Shown piece by piece: positions 63,739 to 64,000 of a stretch of 64,000 bases of DNA. The notes beneath the pieces were generated by a model that worked only from the letters and a program-made list of their open reading frames with translations, made no database searches and had not been told where the DNA came from. The stretch is from Octopus bimaculoides (lineage: Eukaryota): NCBI RefSeq assembly GCF_001194135.2, contig NC_068987.1:16134301-16198300 (forward strand), read 5' to 3'. Both the position numbers and the translations under genes were made by a program. Positions within the stretch are counted from its first letter, which is position 1. Each line of letters opens with the position of its first letter.

Positions 63739-64000
63739 ATACTTATAAAAAGGAAGTTTGTATGTTGATCACTAATAGCATTAAATAAAATCGGTAATAA
63801 TTAAGGGTTTTTGTGTTTTCTCCTAATCTGACCTCCAACATGCTTGCTGTAGACTTTTTTTTTCTGAAACTGGTTTGCAGGGGTGGTGGTAGTGGTTGAG
63901 AAATTACCTTTACAATTTGAAGTTCAACTGTGTGGAAGTTGTAAAGATAATTTATGAATATCTTGTGTGTATGTGTGTGTGTGTATATATATATATATAT

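Overview
AT-rich, microsatellite-dense eukaryotic DNA with 11 assembly gaps. The SINE and LINE families match those I recall from Octopus (cephalopod), so organism identity is an inference. About half of the window is transposon-derived: several tRNA-headed SINE families, RTE LINE 3' ends, a decayed full-length mariner, two maT/DD37D transposase fossils, and hAT, piggyBac-like and foldback MITEs. No intact protein-coding gene is visible. Almost all ORF-track entries are microsatellite, gap or transposon artefacts. One strong (35895-35968) and one weaker (56866-56907) + strand exon candidate suggest the window lies largely within long introns of an unidentified gene. The most notable signal is a set of type I hammerhead ribozyme (HHR) motifs. 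One is a 343-bp tandem, hairpin-rich repeat with one HHR per unit (34560-35136, retrozyme-like). Another is an essentially intact minimal HHR in the tail of a tRNA-headed SINE-like element (47041-47086). Two decayed cores also occur. Other observations include a pre-miRNA-like hairpin, a hAT MITE carrying a perfect copy of neighbouring DNA, and several foldback structures. SINE boundaries are approximate (read by eye).
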